From an uncultured Acidobacteriota bacterium (GTDB lineage: Bacteria; Acidobacteriota; UBA6911; RPQK01; JAPXNP01): DNA of 64,000 nucleotides. Shown piece after piece: positions 29,983 to 38,262 of this stretch. Below the pieces are notes generated by a model. It was not told where the DNA came from and did no database searches. It was given only the letters and a program-made list of their open reading frames with translations. Position 1 is the stretch's first letter, and every line of letters starts with the position of its first letter. The translations under genes were made by a program, and so were the position numbers. Location of the stretch: contig CAVZRV010000010.1 of the NCBI GenBank assembly GCA_963777605.1, positions 224,001-288,000 on the forward strand. Reading direction: 5' to 3'.

Positions 29983-30647
29983 GCGGACAGATGAGTCTCG
30001 TTCCGGTAAAGGTCTCCGCCCACAGGCAGGCCGCGAATTCGGGATTCCAGAGCGTTCCATCCAAGGTGCCACCCCCTCCGCCTCCGGCCCCACCCGAACC
30101 ACCGCCGCCCCCGGCGCCATCCGAACCGAATCCGGTGCCACCACCACCTCCTCCTCCTCCGGAAGGATCCGGGCACCTGCAATGGAACGACGACGGTGCC
30201 CAGATCTCGATCGACATGGAAGGCGTTGACTTTAAGGCTGACGCTCTTCTTTCCAGGACCCACCGAGCCATCGGCGACGTCCGCAGGGCCCGCGTCGAAC
30301 TCAGGCGGGTCCGTGAGGAGAATCTGCCCAGGTTGCAGGAGGAACTGAAGAACCTCCAGAACATCGATCTCAAAAAACTGCAGCGGGATCTGGAGAAGGA
30401 AAAACTAAACCTCGACCAGCTCCGTGAGAGTATTCTCGTAAACTTGGGACCCAAGATCGGTGAATCGGTTAGCCGGGCGATTGAGGCGGCACGGCTGGCG
30501 GATCTCCACTTGAGCGACCTGCAACTTCAGGAACTCAACAAGGAAATCACAAAGATCCGGGAGACGCTTCCTGTCGAGATCGACCGGCAGGTTCGCGAAG
30601 CGCTCCAGCAGCTCCAGTCGCTGGACCTGAAGGTCACTCCCGAATAA
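29979..30647 (+). CDS. Pro-rich/coiled-coil protein, probable C-terminal remnant of a BlaR1/M56 protein
   Basis: ATGA overlap with blaI; poly-Pro linker then heptad-rich helix; no HExxH and no TM. Confidence 0.55.
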   Translation: MSGQMSLVPVKVSAHRQAANSGFQSVPSKVPPPPPPAPPEPPPPPAPSEPNPVPPPPPPPPEGSGHLQWNDDGAQISIDMEGVDFKADALLSRTHRAIGDVRRARVELRRVREENLPRLQEELKNLQNIDLKKLQRDLEKEKLNLDQLRESILVNLGPKIGESVSRAIEAARLADLHLSDLQLQELNKEITKIRETLPVEIDRQVREALQQLQSLDLKVTPE

Positions 30648-30658
30648 AACGGGCCATT

Positions 30659-30694
30659 GCGGGGACCCGGGCTATTTTTCAACCGGGTCCTCGT
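30659..30694 (+). terminator. Hairpin at convergent gene junction
   Basis: GCGGGGACCCGG ... CCGGGUCCUCGU 12-bp stem with two G-U pairs. Confidence 0.4.
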
Positions 30695-31127
30695 GAAACT
30701 CGAATTCCTGCTGGCAGCACCAGCAGGGACCTCCCGCGTAGGCCTTTATGTTGCAGATCGGGCAGTAGTAGTAGATGTTGTAGAGACGGCCGTTCTTGAC
30801 CGAGTAGACCTTGGTGATCTGGATGACGTGCTTGTCGCCTAACCAACCAACCACGCGGAGTCTCCGCTGGCGAACCCGGGAATCCTGAAAAATCTTGCTG
30901 CGCGGATCTTTACTGGTAAAAAAGTAACGCGTTCCATCGTCCGTTTCCAGTGCGAAATCCCGAGCGTGATCCGAGCAGGTCACGGCTTCGAAATCAGGGC
31001 TCACACAGCGGACCTTGCCCTCGACGGTGACTTCCCGGGAGTCCTTCGCAAGGAGGATAGAGAACGGCACGAGGACGAGAATCAGTCCCGCTGCAGTCGC
31101 CAACCTGATTGCCCTAGCTACTCTCAT
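30672..31127 (-). CDS. Exported hypothetical protein with C-terminal Cys cluster
   Basis: Signal peptide; YYYCPICN...GPCWCCQQ. Confidence 0.75.
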   Translation of the reverse strand: MRVARAIRLATAAGLILVLVPFSILLAKDSREVTVEGKVRCVSPDFEAVTCSDHARDFALETDDGTRYFFTSKDPRSKIFQDSRVRQRRLRVVGWLGDKHVIQITKVYSVKNGRLYNIYYYCPICNIKAYAGGPCWCCQQEFEFHEDPVEK

Positions 31128-31806
31128 TGAGAAAATTCAAAACCGGACCGATCGGATCCAAACCCTCGACGAGCAGGTCCGGATTGTGCTGCTCCAGCTC
31201 GTCATGGGTGTGGCCGCCGGTGGCGACCGCAATGACCTTCGCTCCGGCCTTCCGGGCGTGGATGATGTCCTGAGGGGTGTCCCCGATGACGAAGACCTGA
31301 CTAGCCGTTCTACCGGTTTGGGCTTCCGCACGTTCGACCGCACGCAGGATCAACTCCGACCGCTCCCGGGAGTCAGACCCAAACCCGCCGAACCCGAAAA
31401 AGCGGTCGAGCCCTGAAGGACGGAGCTTCGCCCACGCCCCGAGTTCGAGATTTCCGGTGGCCAGTCCGACAGCAAATTCTCCGGGGCGAGTCTGCAGTTC
31501 CTCCAGGATTGCCTGAACCCCGGGAAGCACGACGTAGCCGGCGGGATACTTCTCAAGTTCCTTCTCGAGAAGCTCCACGTAACAGCGATACAACTCGGCA
31601 GACGTCTCCGGGTCAATCTGAGGGGCCCGTCCGGCTTTCGCCAGAGCCATCTCCAGGATCAAAAAGTCGGTCTGGCCGTGCAGTCGAATCTCGCGCAAGC
31701 CGTCACGGATGCCGAGGACCGCCTCCAGGGCACCGCTGAAAGCACGTGATCCCACTCCATCCGTGTTGATCAGTGTACCGTCGATATCGAACAGTGTAAC
31801 TTTCAT
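31114..31806 (-). CDS. HAD-family hydrolase (phosphoglycolate-phosphatase-like)
   Basis: FDIDGTL, LATGN, GGFGSD, IGDTPQDI. Confidence 0.92.
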   Translation of the reverse strand: MKVTLFDIDGTLINTDGVGSRAFSGALEAVLGIRDGLREIRLHGQTDFLILEMALAKAGRAPQIDPETSAELYRCYVELLEKELEKYPAGYVVLPGVQAILEELQTRPGEFAVGLATGNLELGAWAKLRPSGLDRFFGFGGFGSDSRERSELILRAVERAEAQTGRTASQVFVIGDTPQDIIHARKAGAKVIAVATGGHTHDELEQHNPDLLVEGLDPIGPVLNFLNESS

Positions 31807-31815
31807 TATCTCGGG

Positions 31816-32175
31816 TCAGAACCAGACGGAAGCGATATTGGAATCCTCGCTCCTGCCGGCCTGGTTAAACGCCCTTACCTTGTAGGAAAAGCCCCCCGTT
31901 ACATACTTCCCTACCTTGTCCTGGTGTCCGGTCGTGTTGGCTCCCACCATTCCGACCACCCGAAATTCACCGTTGTTGTCTGAGCGGAGCACTTCGAAAC
32001 CCAGTTCGTTGTCGGACATATCTCGCCATTTCAGGACGGCAATTGAATTGGCCCCTTCGTACTTGGTCGAGACCTCGAGCTGAAGGGGCTTCTCGGGTAC
32101 TCGTTCAGCCGCCATCAGCCCGCCCATCCAGGCCAGTGCCACAAAAACAACGATGACTTGTTTCAATGCTCTCAT
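31816..32175 (-). CDS. Exported fibronectin type III domain protein
   Basis: Signal peptide; L.W.D.SDNE.GF.V.RS, YKVRAFN.AG.S..SN. Confidence 0.85.
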   Translation of the reverse strand: MRALKQVIVVFVALAWMGGLMAAERVPEKPLQLEVSTKYEGANSIAVLKWRDMSDNELGFEVLRSDNNGEFRVVGMVGANTTGHQDKVGKYVTGGFSYKVRAFNQAGRSEDSNIASVWF

Positions 32176-32219
32176 TCACACACTCCTACGTTCAAAGACG
32201 GTTATCCTTCAGGTTAGTT

Positions 32220-33044
32220 TCAACCGCTGAAAACCAGCTCCCGGGCGCGCTCGGTCGCTTTAACCACAGCCTTGATCAGCGTGACACGCAGTTTTCCTTC
32301 TTCAAGTTCCATGATTCCGTCAATCGTACAGCCGGCCGGAGTCGTCACCGCGTCCTTCAACAGTGCCGGATGACTGCCGGTTTCGAGTACGACCTTGCTG
32401 GCACCAGCCGCCGTCTGAGCGGCCAGCAGCGTGGCGATCTCCCGGGGGAGGCCGACCTTGACACCGGCTTCAGCCAACGACTCCAGGATGATGTAGATGA
32501 ACGCAGGTCCGCTGGCAGAGAGTCCGGTGACGGCGTCGAAGTGGGACTCGTCGATGAGAACTGTCCGTCCAACCGAGTCAAAAAGCTCCCGGGTAAGCTT
32601 GAGCTGGTCTTCCGTCGCATGTCGGCCGCGGCAGATCGAGGTCATCCCGCTGCCCACCGAACAGGGCGTGTTGGGCATCGCTCGAATGACCGGGACATCA
32701 CAGCCGGCCGCCTTCTCAATGAACTGAGTGGTCACGGAGGCGGCCACTGATATCAGGAGTTTCTCGGGTCCGAGGCCGGGAGCGATGGAGCGTACCACTT
32801 CCTCCACGCCTCCCGGCTTGACCCCCAGGAGAATGATGTCCGCCCAGGAAGCCGCCTCGAGATTGTTCGTCCCTACCTGGATCTTGAAATCGTCTTCCCG
32901 AAGCTGGGCCCGTATCTCGTGTCGAACCGTTCCCCGGACCATATCCGGGGTGGTCAAGCCCCTCTCGAGAAAAGCGCGCGTAAGAATTCCGCCCAGTTTC
33001 CCAAGCCCGATAATCGCCAACTTCTTGTTTTCAATATTGCTCAT
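32220..33044 (-). CDS. proC: Pyrroline-5-carboxylate reductase
   Basis: IIGLGKLG, RAMPNTP, VTGLSASGPAF, VTTPAGCTI. Confidence 0.96.
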   Translation of the reverse strand: MSNIENKKLAIIGLGKLGGILTRAFLERGLTTPDMVRGTVRHEIRAQLREDDFKIQVGTNNLEAASWADIILLGVKPGGVEEVVRSIAPGLGPEKLLISVAASVTTQFIEKAAGCDVPVIRAMPNTPCSVGSGMTSICRGRHATEDQLKLTRELFDSVGRTVLIDESHFDAVTGLSASGPAFIYIILESLAEAGVKVGLPREIATLLAAQTAAGASKVVLETGSHPALLKDAVTTPAGCTIDGIMELEEGKLRVTLIKAVVKATERARELVFSG

Positions 33045-33129
33045 TACCGTTGCACCTGTCTTTCCTTGGATTCACATCAGCGGGGACGCCAGCGAACAGT
33101 CCCCTTTCCGAAAAACTGACGGAAGGTCG

Positions 33130-33714
33130 TTACTGCTGCCGGTACGACTCTGCGTAGATCCGCTTCAGAGGATTCAGGCAGTAGTTCTCGATTAAGTCGA
33201 GCAACAAAGCCTCTCGCTTGAGAAGGAATTCCTCGTGACTCGGATCGATCTCGAAAGCGAGCCGGAGGATGTCCGCCTTGTCCTTGCGGATGTCAAGGGA
33301 CACGGAGCGGCCCATGCGAGGCTCAAAGTGGAGAAGGTCTCCATACGCGAAGTGGTCGATCTCGGGTTCGGTCCACGGCTTTTCACACCGACTTCGCCAG
33401 TAATGGCTCTTCAGCCGTTCCACGAACCCGTCATAATCGAACCCTTTGGATTTGTTATTCACACTGGCAATGACTCGCAGGCGACCTGACCGCTGCTCGG
33501 CACCGATCCCGTAGGTTACGTTCAGCTCGTCCTGCCTGGAAAACTTGATCCGATGGCTCCCGAACTCGGAAAACACCTTGATTTCCGCCTCCACACCGAG
33601 TTGCTGACCATCCTCTTCGGTGACGTAAAACTGACGGACACGGTCAAACCAGTCCGAGACGATCGTCGCTATTACACCGTTTAATTGTTCAAGTCTTCCC
33701 TGCCGATTGGACAT
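33130..33714 (-). CDS. Hypothetical soluble protein (194 aa)
   Basis: Fills the gap between proC and the VWA gene; globular composition; no recognised motif. Confidence 0.7.
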   Translation of the reverse strand: MSNRQGRLEQLNGVIATIVSDWFDRVRQFYVTEEDGQQLGVEAEIKVFSEFGSHRIKFSRQDELNVTYGIGAEQRSGRLRVIASVNNKSKGFDYDGFVERLKSHYWRSRCEKPWTEPEIDHFAYGDLLHFEPRMGRSVSLDIRKDKADILRLAFEIDPSHEEFLLKREALLLDLIENYCLNPLKRIYAESYRQQ

Positions 33715-33779
33715 AATTCGCTCAGGTCCGTCCCGCCCGAGGTTCCCTAAGTGTAAACGGATCGGTTAAATTAATAAAG

Positions 33780-34670
33780 ATGCCCAAACTTGCTCTGGTT
33801 CCCCTCAGTTTGGCCGCGCTTCTGCTGTCCACAGCGTTTCAGGATACGCAGATTCGGATTGATGTTGAAGCGGTCAATGTTTTTGTCACCGTCACCAATC
33901 GGAAAGGTCAGTTTGTAAGCGGCCTCCCAGAGGACCGTTTCATCCTCTACGAAGACGGAATCCCTCAAGTGCTCACCAATTTCTCCAGCGATCTCAGCCG
34001 CCCACTCCAGATCGCGCTCCTCATGGACACCAGCGGCAGCGTCCGCCTGAAACTCGACTTCGAGAAGCGGGCGGCCGTCAACTTCCTGCGCGGGGTGATG
34101 CGGCGACACGATCAGGCAATGCTGGTCGAGTTCGACGAAGGAGTTTCCTTATTGAACGACTTCACAACCCGGACCTCGGAGATCGTCTCGGAGATTGAAA
34201 GACTCCGGGCAGGCGGCGGAACAGCTCTCTGGGATGCCCTCTATGTGGTTTCCGGGGAGAAGATGACGGGACGCGGGGCGCGGAAGGCGATCGTGGTTCT
34301 TTCCGACGGAGAGGACCTGAACAGCAGGCGGTCGTTTGAGGACACCCTGAAAATGATTCAGTCCTCGGAAGTCACAGTCTATCCGATCGGCACCAGCCGG
34401 TTTGGAGCCAGTTCGAGCAAAAAAGGCGAGGATAACCTGGCCGAACTGGCCGACGAGTCCGGAGGCACTGCCTTCTTCCCCTATTCGGCCGAGCTTCTCG
34501 AGTCGGCGTTTGACCAGATCAACGCCGAACTGAGGAACCAGTACAGTCTCACCTACAGCCCCCGGGACAAGACCCCCGACGGTCGCTTCCGGGAAATCGA
34601 AGTCCGCATCGAAAACGGCGACGGCCTCAAGCTCAGGTACCGTCGCGGCTACCGGCTTCCCGACTTCTAA
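33780..34670 (+). CDS. VWA domain protein (VWFA-related Acidobacterial type)
   Basis: Signal peptide, V.VT..KG.FV.GL...F..YEDG.PQ, DTSGS MIDAS, TALWDA, LSDGED, LRNQY.L.Y.P, RRGY. Confidence 0.92.
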   Translation: MPKLALVPLSLAALLLSTAFQDTQIRIDVEAVNVFVTVTNRKGQFVSGLPEDRFILYEDGIPQVLTNFSSDLSRPLQIALLMDTSGSVRLKLDFEKRAAVNFLRGVMRRHDQAMLVEFDEGVSLLNDFTTRTSEIVSEIERLRAGGGTALWDALYVVSGEKMTGRGARKAIVVLSDGEDLNSRRSFEDTLKMIQSSEVTVYPIGTSRFGASSSKKGEDNLAELADESGGTAFFPYSAELLESAFDQINAELRNQYSLTYSPRDKTPDGRFREIEVRIENGDGLKLRYRRGYRLPDF

Positions 34671-34678
34671 TCGCCCGG

Positions 34679-34879
34679 CTACCTTCTCTTCGGGATGACG
34701 AGCCACAGGATGAGATAGGGGATGAACCCGGGGAGTCCTCCCGGCAACAGCAGAATCAGGAATAGGATCCGGAGCCAGAGGGCACGGATCCCGTAGAATT
34801 CCGCCAGACCTCCGCAGACTCCCCCGATGATGCCGTTCTGCCGTCTCAACTTGCTGTTTTCTGAATATGTTACAGTCAT
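34679..34879 (-). CDS. PspC domain protein
   Basis: L.R...IIGGVCGGLAEFYGI...LR...YLILWLVIP; SD GAGG. Confidence 0.9.
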   Translation of the reverse strand: MTVTYSENSKLRRQNGIIGGVCGGLAEFYGIRALWLRILFLILLLPGGLPGFIPYLILWLVIPKRR

Positions 34880-34892
34880 TCCAATTCCAACC

Positions 34893-35102
34893 TCACCACC
34901 GGGTCTGAGTGCGCCAGACATGCAGCGCGATCACCGTCGGCACGACAGCGATCAGGACCAGGAGCATGAATCCGCGAACCGCCGGAAGGCTCAGGAAGAT
35001 GGCCGCCGTGGCAATCGTGAACAAGAGTCCGCCAAAACCGGCCGCGGGAATTTGATCGATCCGAATACCTTCGTGGAATTTCGCGTTCAGTGTGTGTCTC
35101 AT
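34893..35102 (-). CDS. Small two-TM membrane protein (69 aa)
   Basis: MRHTLNAKFHEGIRIDQIP followed by two hydrophobic helices; directly upstream of pspC. Confidence 0.65.
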   Translation of the reverse strand: MRHTLNAKFHEGIRIDQIPAAGFGGLLFTIATAAIFLSLPAVRGFMLLVLIAVVPTVIALHVWRTQTRW

Positions 35103-35116
35103 AGTGATGCTGATTA

Positions 35117-35145
35117 AATACGTAAACGACGCCAAAAACGTTCAT
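35117..35145 (-). promoter_or_regulatory. ECF-type promoter
   Basis: ATGAAC-N17-CGTATT, matching the AAC/CGT ECF consensus. Confidence 0.55.
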
Positions 35146-35188
35146 TGGCGGTTCACCAATCTGGTTCCGTGTTATACTCTCCGCGCTC

Positions 35189-35401
35189 ATGCAGTGGACG
35201 CACAAAGGTATTGAGTTTGCCATCACGACCGAGGATCTGGGACCGTTCGTACTGGCGTCGGCCCGGGTTCCGAGAGAAGGCATGTTCGTCCGGGTCCGCC
35301 CCTTTTCCGCACTCGGTCGAACCGAAGATCAGGCAATCAGCATGCTGAAGTCCCAGATCGAGTTCGAGTATCGCCGCGTGCCGGAATTTGCCGCTTCCTG
35401 A
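35189..35401 (+). CDS. Hypothetical protein (70 aa)
   Basis: Preceded by extended -10 TGTTATACT; ends 2 nt before the Rieske gene. Confidence 0.65.
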   Translation: MQWTHKGIEFAITTEDLGPFVLASARVPREGMFVRVRPFSALGRTEDQAISMLKSQIEFEYRRVPEFAAS

Positions 35402-35403
35402 TC

Positions 35404-35724
35404 ATGATTTTCCACCCGGTCGCCAAGCTCGTCGAGCTTTCTGAGAGCGACGCGAAAGTTGTCCAACTCGAAGGTCGGCAAATCGCTCTCTTCCTGGCCG
35501 GAGGCGAGGTTTACGCCTACGACAATTTCTGCCCTCATCGCGGCGGTCCGCTGGGCGAAGGAATGGTCCGGGACGGGTGTGTAACCTGTCCTTGGCACGA
35601 CTGGACATTCGACCTGAAAACGGGTCGTCATGTTCGATACGCAACTGCTGCCCTGACCCGCTATCCGGCCCGCGTTTCAGGAGATGACGTATTGGTCTGC
35701 CCCTCCCCGGTCAGGCCAGATTAA
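35404..35724 (+). CDS. Rieske [2Fe-2S] ferredoxin
   Basis: CPHRGGPL.EG, CPWH.W.FDL.TG. Confidence 0.93.
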   Translation: MIFHPVAKLVELSESDAKVVQLEGRQIALFLAGGEVYAYDNFCPHRGGPLGEGMVRDGCVTCPWHDWTFDLKTGRHVRYATAALTRYPARVSGDDVLVCPSPVRPD

Positions 35725-36637
35725 TCAGGGGGGATTCCACGGGTTTGCGGCCGGTCTTGCCGCTGAAGGAAGCTAACTGGCGGTCCGCAAGGTAACTCGA
35801 TCGAACCAGGGGCCCGCTCTCGACGTGGTCGAAACCGAGAGACTCCCCAAACGCCTTCCATTCTGCGAACTCGTCGGGATGATAGTGGCGCACGACAGGA
35901 AGGTGCCAACCGGTTGGGCGCAGGTACTGTCCCAGGGTGAGAATATTGACGCCCCTCTCGACCAGGTCGTTCATGACTTCGCGCAGTTCCTCCGGTTCCT
36001 CGCCAAGGCCCAGCATCAGGCCGGTCTTGGTGATTCCGGTCGGGACGATTTCGCGGGCCCGCTTGAGAACACGGAGCGTCACGTCGTAGCGACCGCCTCC
36101 CCGCGCCACCCGGTAAAGCCTCGGAACCGTCTCGACGTTGTGACCGAAAATCTCGGGTCCCGCATCGAGGACAGTTCTCAGCGAAGATTCCCTTCCCTGG
36201 AAATCGGGCACCAGCACTTCCACCACGCATCCCGGCCGCAATCGGCGGATCTCCGCGATCGTCTCGGCAAAGATCCCGGCGCCACCATCGTCGAGGTCAT
36301 CGCGGTCCACCGACGTGATGACCGCATGCTCAAGGTCCATGGCCGCAACGGCACGGGCGACGCGCCCGGGTTCTTCAAGATCATAGACCGGTGGCTTCCC
36401 CTTGGAAACGGCACAATATCGACAGCCACGGGTACACACTTCGCCGAGGATCATGAACGTTGCGACACCGTGAACCCAGCACTCGCCCATGTTTGGACAG
36501 ATCGCTTCCTGGCAGACGGTATTTAACCCCAGACCTCCAAGCAACTTCCTCAAATTGTGGACCTTCTCTCCGAACGGGGCTCTGACTTTCAACCACTCGG
36601 GGTGCCTTCGTCCGGGCTTCTGCTGAGATTCCGTCAT
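35711..36637 (-). CDS. lipA: Lipoyl synthase
   Basis: TVCQEAICPNMGECW, CTRGCRYC, TSVDRDDL, HNVETV, GQYLRP, RSSY; exact start uncertain. Confidence 0.97.
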   Translation of the reverse strand: MTESQQKPGRRHPEWLKVRAPFGEKVHNLRKLLGGLGLNTVCQEAICPNMGECWVHGVATFMILGEVCTRGCRYCAVSKGKPPVYDLEEPGRVARAVAAMDLEHAVITSVDRDDLDDGGAGIFAETIAEIRRLRPGCVVEVLVPDFQGRESSLRTVLDAGPEIFGHNVETVPRLYRVARGGGRYDVTLRVLKRAREIVPTGITKTGLMLGLGEEPEELREVMNDLVERGVNILTLGQYLRPTGWHLPVVRHYHPDEFAEWKAFGESLGFDHVESGPLVRSSYLADRQLASFSGKTGRKPVESPLINLA

Positions 36638-36784
36638 CCCCATCAACATAGCAAATTTCACCGTTCAGGCCATCCTCAGGCACATGAGAAACGATGGTCG
36701 GGCGGGCCTCACTTTCGCCGGCAGAGAAACCTCCACAACTTGCCGATTCAACGTCTTCGCAGGGGTAGTCTTACAGCCTCGGTC

Positions 36785-36793
36785 TGGTATAAT
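36785..36793 (+). promoter_or_regulatory. Extended -10 promoter of the nuo operon
   Basis: TGGTATAAT about 85 nt upstream of nuoA. Confidence 0.6.
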
Positions 36794-36877
36794 CCGCCTT
36801 GTGCCGGACAGCCCTGTCTTGTAGCATGGGGCTTTCTTCCAAGTGCCGAAAGTGCGGATAGATACGAGAAGCTCAAG

Positions 36878-37231
36878 ATGCTGAACTATTTTGGTTTCAT
36901 AGTGATGCTGTTGGTTTCCGGGGGAACTGTGGCCGCGATGTTCGCAGTCCACCACTGGCTCGGTCCGCGAGTCAGTAATCGGGTTCATGACGCCCCTTTT
37001 GAATGCGGTAACGAACCCAATCGGATCGTTCGGGGCCGGTTTTCGGTCAAGTTTTTTCTGGTCGCGCTTCTCTTCGTACTGTTTGATATCGAGTTGGTTT
37101 TCCTCTTTCCCTGGGCCGTGGTTTACAAGGAACTGGGACTGTTCGGCTTTGTTGAGATGCTCGTTTTCCTGCTCGTTGTACTTGTGGGACTTTTCTACTC
37201 GGTGAAGAGAGGAGCTCTTGAATGGCAATAG
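36878..37231 (+). CDS. nuoA: NADH-quinone oxidoreductase subunit A
   Basis: PFECG, FSVKFFLVALLFVLFDIE.VFLFPWA, GALEW. Confidence 0.95.
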   Translation: MLNYFGFIVMLLVSGGTVAAMFAVHHWLGPRVSNRVHDAPFECGNEPNRIVRGRFSVKFFLVALLFVLFDIELVFLFPWAVVYKELGLFGFVEMLVFLLVVLVGLFYSVKRGALEWQ

Positions 37232-37866
37232 GCCAAGTCACCGTGCCGGCGGAAGGCGGTTTCTTCACCTCTAAGGTTGATCAGGCTGTCGGCTGGGCCC
37301 GGAAATACTCTATCTTCCAGTATCCCTTCGTAACCGCCTGTTGTGGAATGGAATACATGTCGGTCGCCTGCGCCCACTATGACATTGACCGGTTTGGCGC
37401 GGGTCTTCCAAGGTTCTCTCCCAGACAATCGGACGTGCTGTTTGTGGTCGGAACAATCAACCAGAAGATTGCGCCCATCCTCAAGCAGGTTTACGACCAG
37501 ATGTGCGCCCCGAAGTGGGTGATCGCGTTTGGCGTCTGCACCTGCACCGGTGGTTTTTACGACAATTACGCCGTTGTGCGCGGGATCGACCATGTCGTTC
37601 CGGTGGACATCTACATCCCCGGCTGTCCACCTCGTCCGGAAACGGTTCTGGAAGGGTTGATCAAACTGCAGCAGCGTATCCAGAACCAGAAGCCAGGCGA
37701 TCTGATTTACCGATTGGCTGTCCTGAGAATTCCCCAAGGATGTCAGCGACGAAGAGTGGAGCAATCAGGGCTATGGAACAAAGTCTCATACTCCGTAACG
37801 TGCAAGAGAAATTCGGTGACGCGGTGCTGTCATGTCATTCAGCACTCGGAGAAGATACGCTGGTGA
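37222..37866 (+). CDS. nuoB: NADH-quinone oxidoreductase subunit B (3' end probably mis-extended by a +1 indel)
   Basis: TACCGME, SPRQSD, QM..PKWVI.FG.C, DIYIPGCPPRPE; the tail overlaps nuoC by 94 nt. Confidence 0.93.
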   Translation: MAIGQVTVPAEGGFFTSKVDQAVGWARKYSIFQYPFVTACCGMEYMSVACAHYDIDRFGAGLPRFSPRQSDVLFVVGTINQKIAPILKQVYDQMCAPKWVIAFGVCTCTGGFYDNYAVVRGIDHVVPVDIYIPGCPPRPETVLEGLIKLQQRIQNQKPGDLIYRLAVLRIPQGCQRRRVEQSGLWNKVSYSVTCKRNSVTRCCHVIQHSEKIRW

Positions 37867-38256
37867 TCGCCAGGTCGAGCCTCCTCGAGGTGGCCCGGTA
37901 TCTGAAGGAGGAGGCCGATCCCCGGTTCAACGTCTTGATGGACCTGACTGCCGTCGATTTCTTCAAGCGCAAGCCCCGCTTTGAAGTGGTCTACCACTTT
38001 CTCTCCTTGCCGGCCAAAGCGAGGCTCCGAGTCAAGGTTCCGGTGGGCGAACCCGATCCCGAAGTGGAAACACTCTCGGCCCTGTGGCGAAGCGCCAACT
38101 GGTACGAACGCGAAGTCTATCGACATGTTCGGAATCAAGTTCCGCAATCATCCGGATCTCCGCAGGATTCTGATGTACCCCGAATTTCAGGGTCACCCTC
38201 TGCGCAAGGATTACCCGATCAATAAGAGACAGCCGATTATCGGCCCGAGGGATTGA
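37773..38256 (+). CDS. nuoC: NADH-quinone oxidoreductase subunit C, with a 1-nt insertion near 38121
   Basis: [22 protein letters not shown] | [16 protein letters not shown]...GHPLRKDYP split across two frames at GTCTAT-C-GACATG. Confidence 0.93.
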
Positions 38257-38262
38257 GAACCT

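Noticed and set aside
30065-30162. CCN-rich repeat
   Set aside because: Poly-proline linker with varied third positions, not a DNA repeat element
37503-38225. NuoB-NuoC fusion or programmed frameshift
   Set aside because: nuoC has its own ATG at 37773 with GGAG upstream; single-base errors explain the pattern
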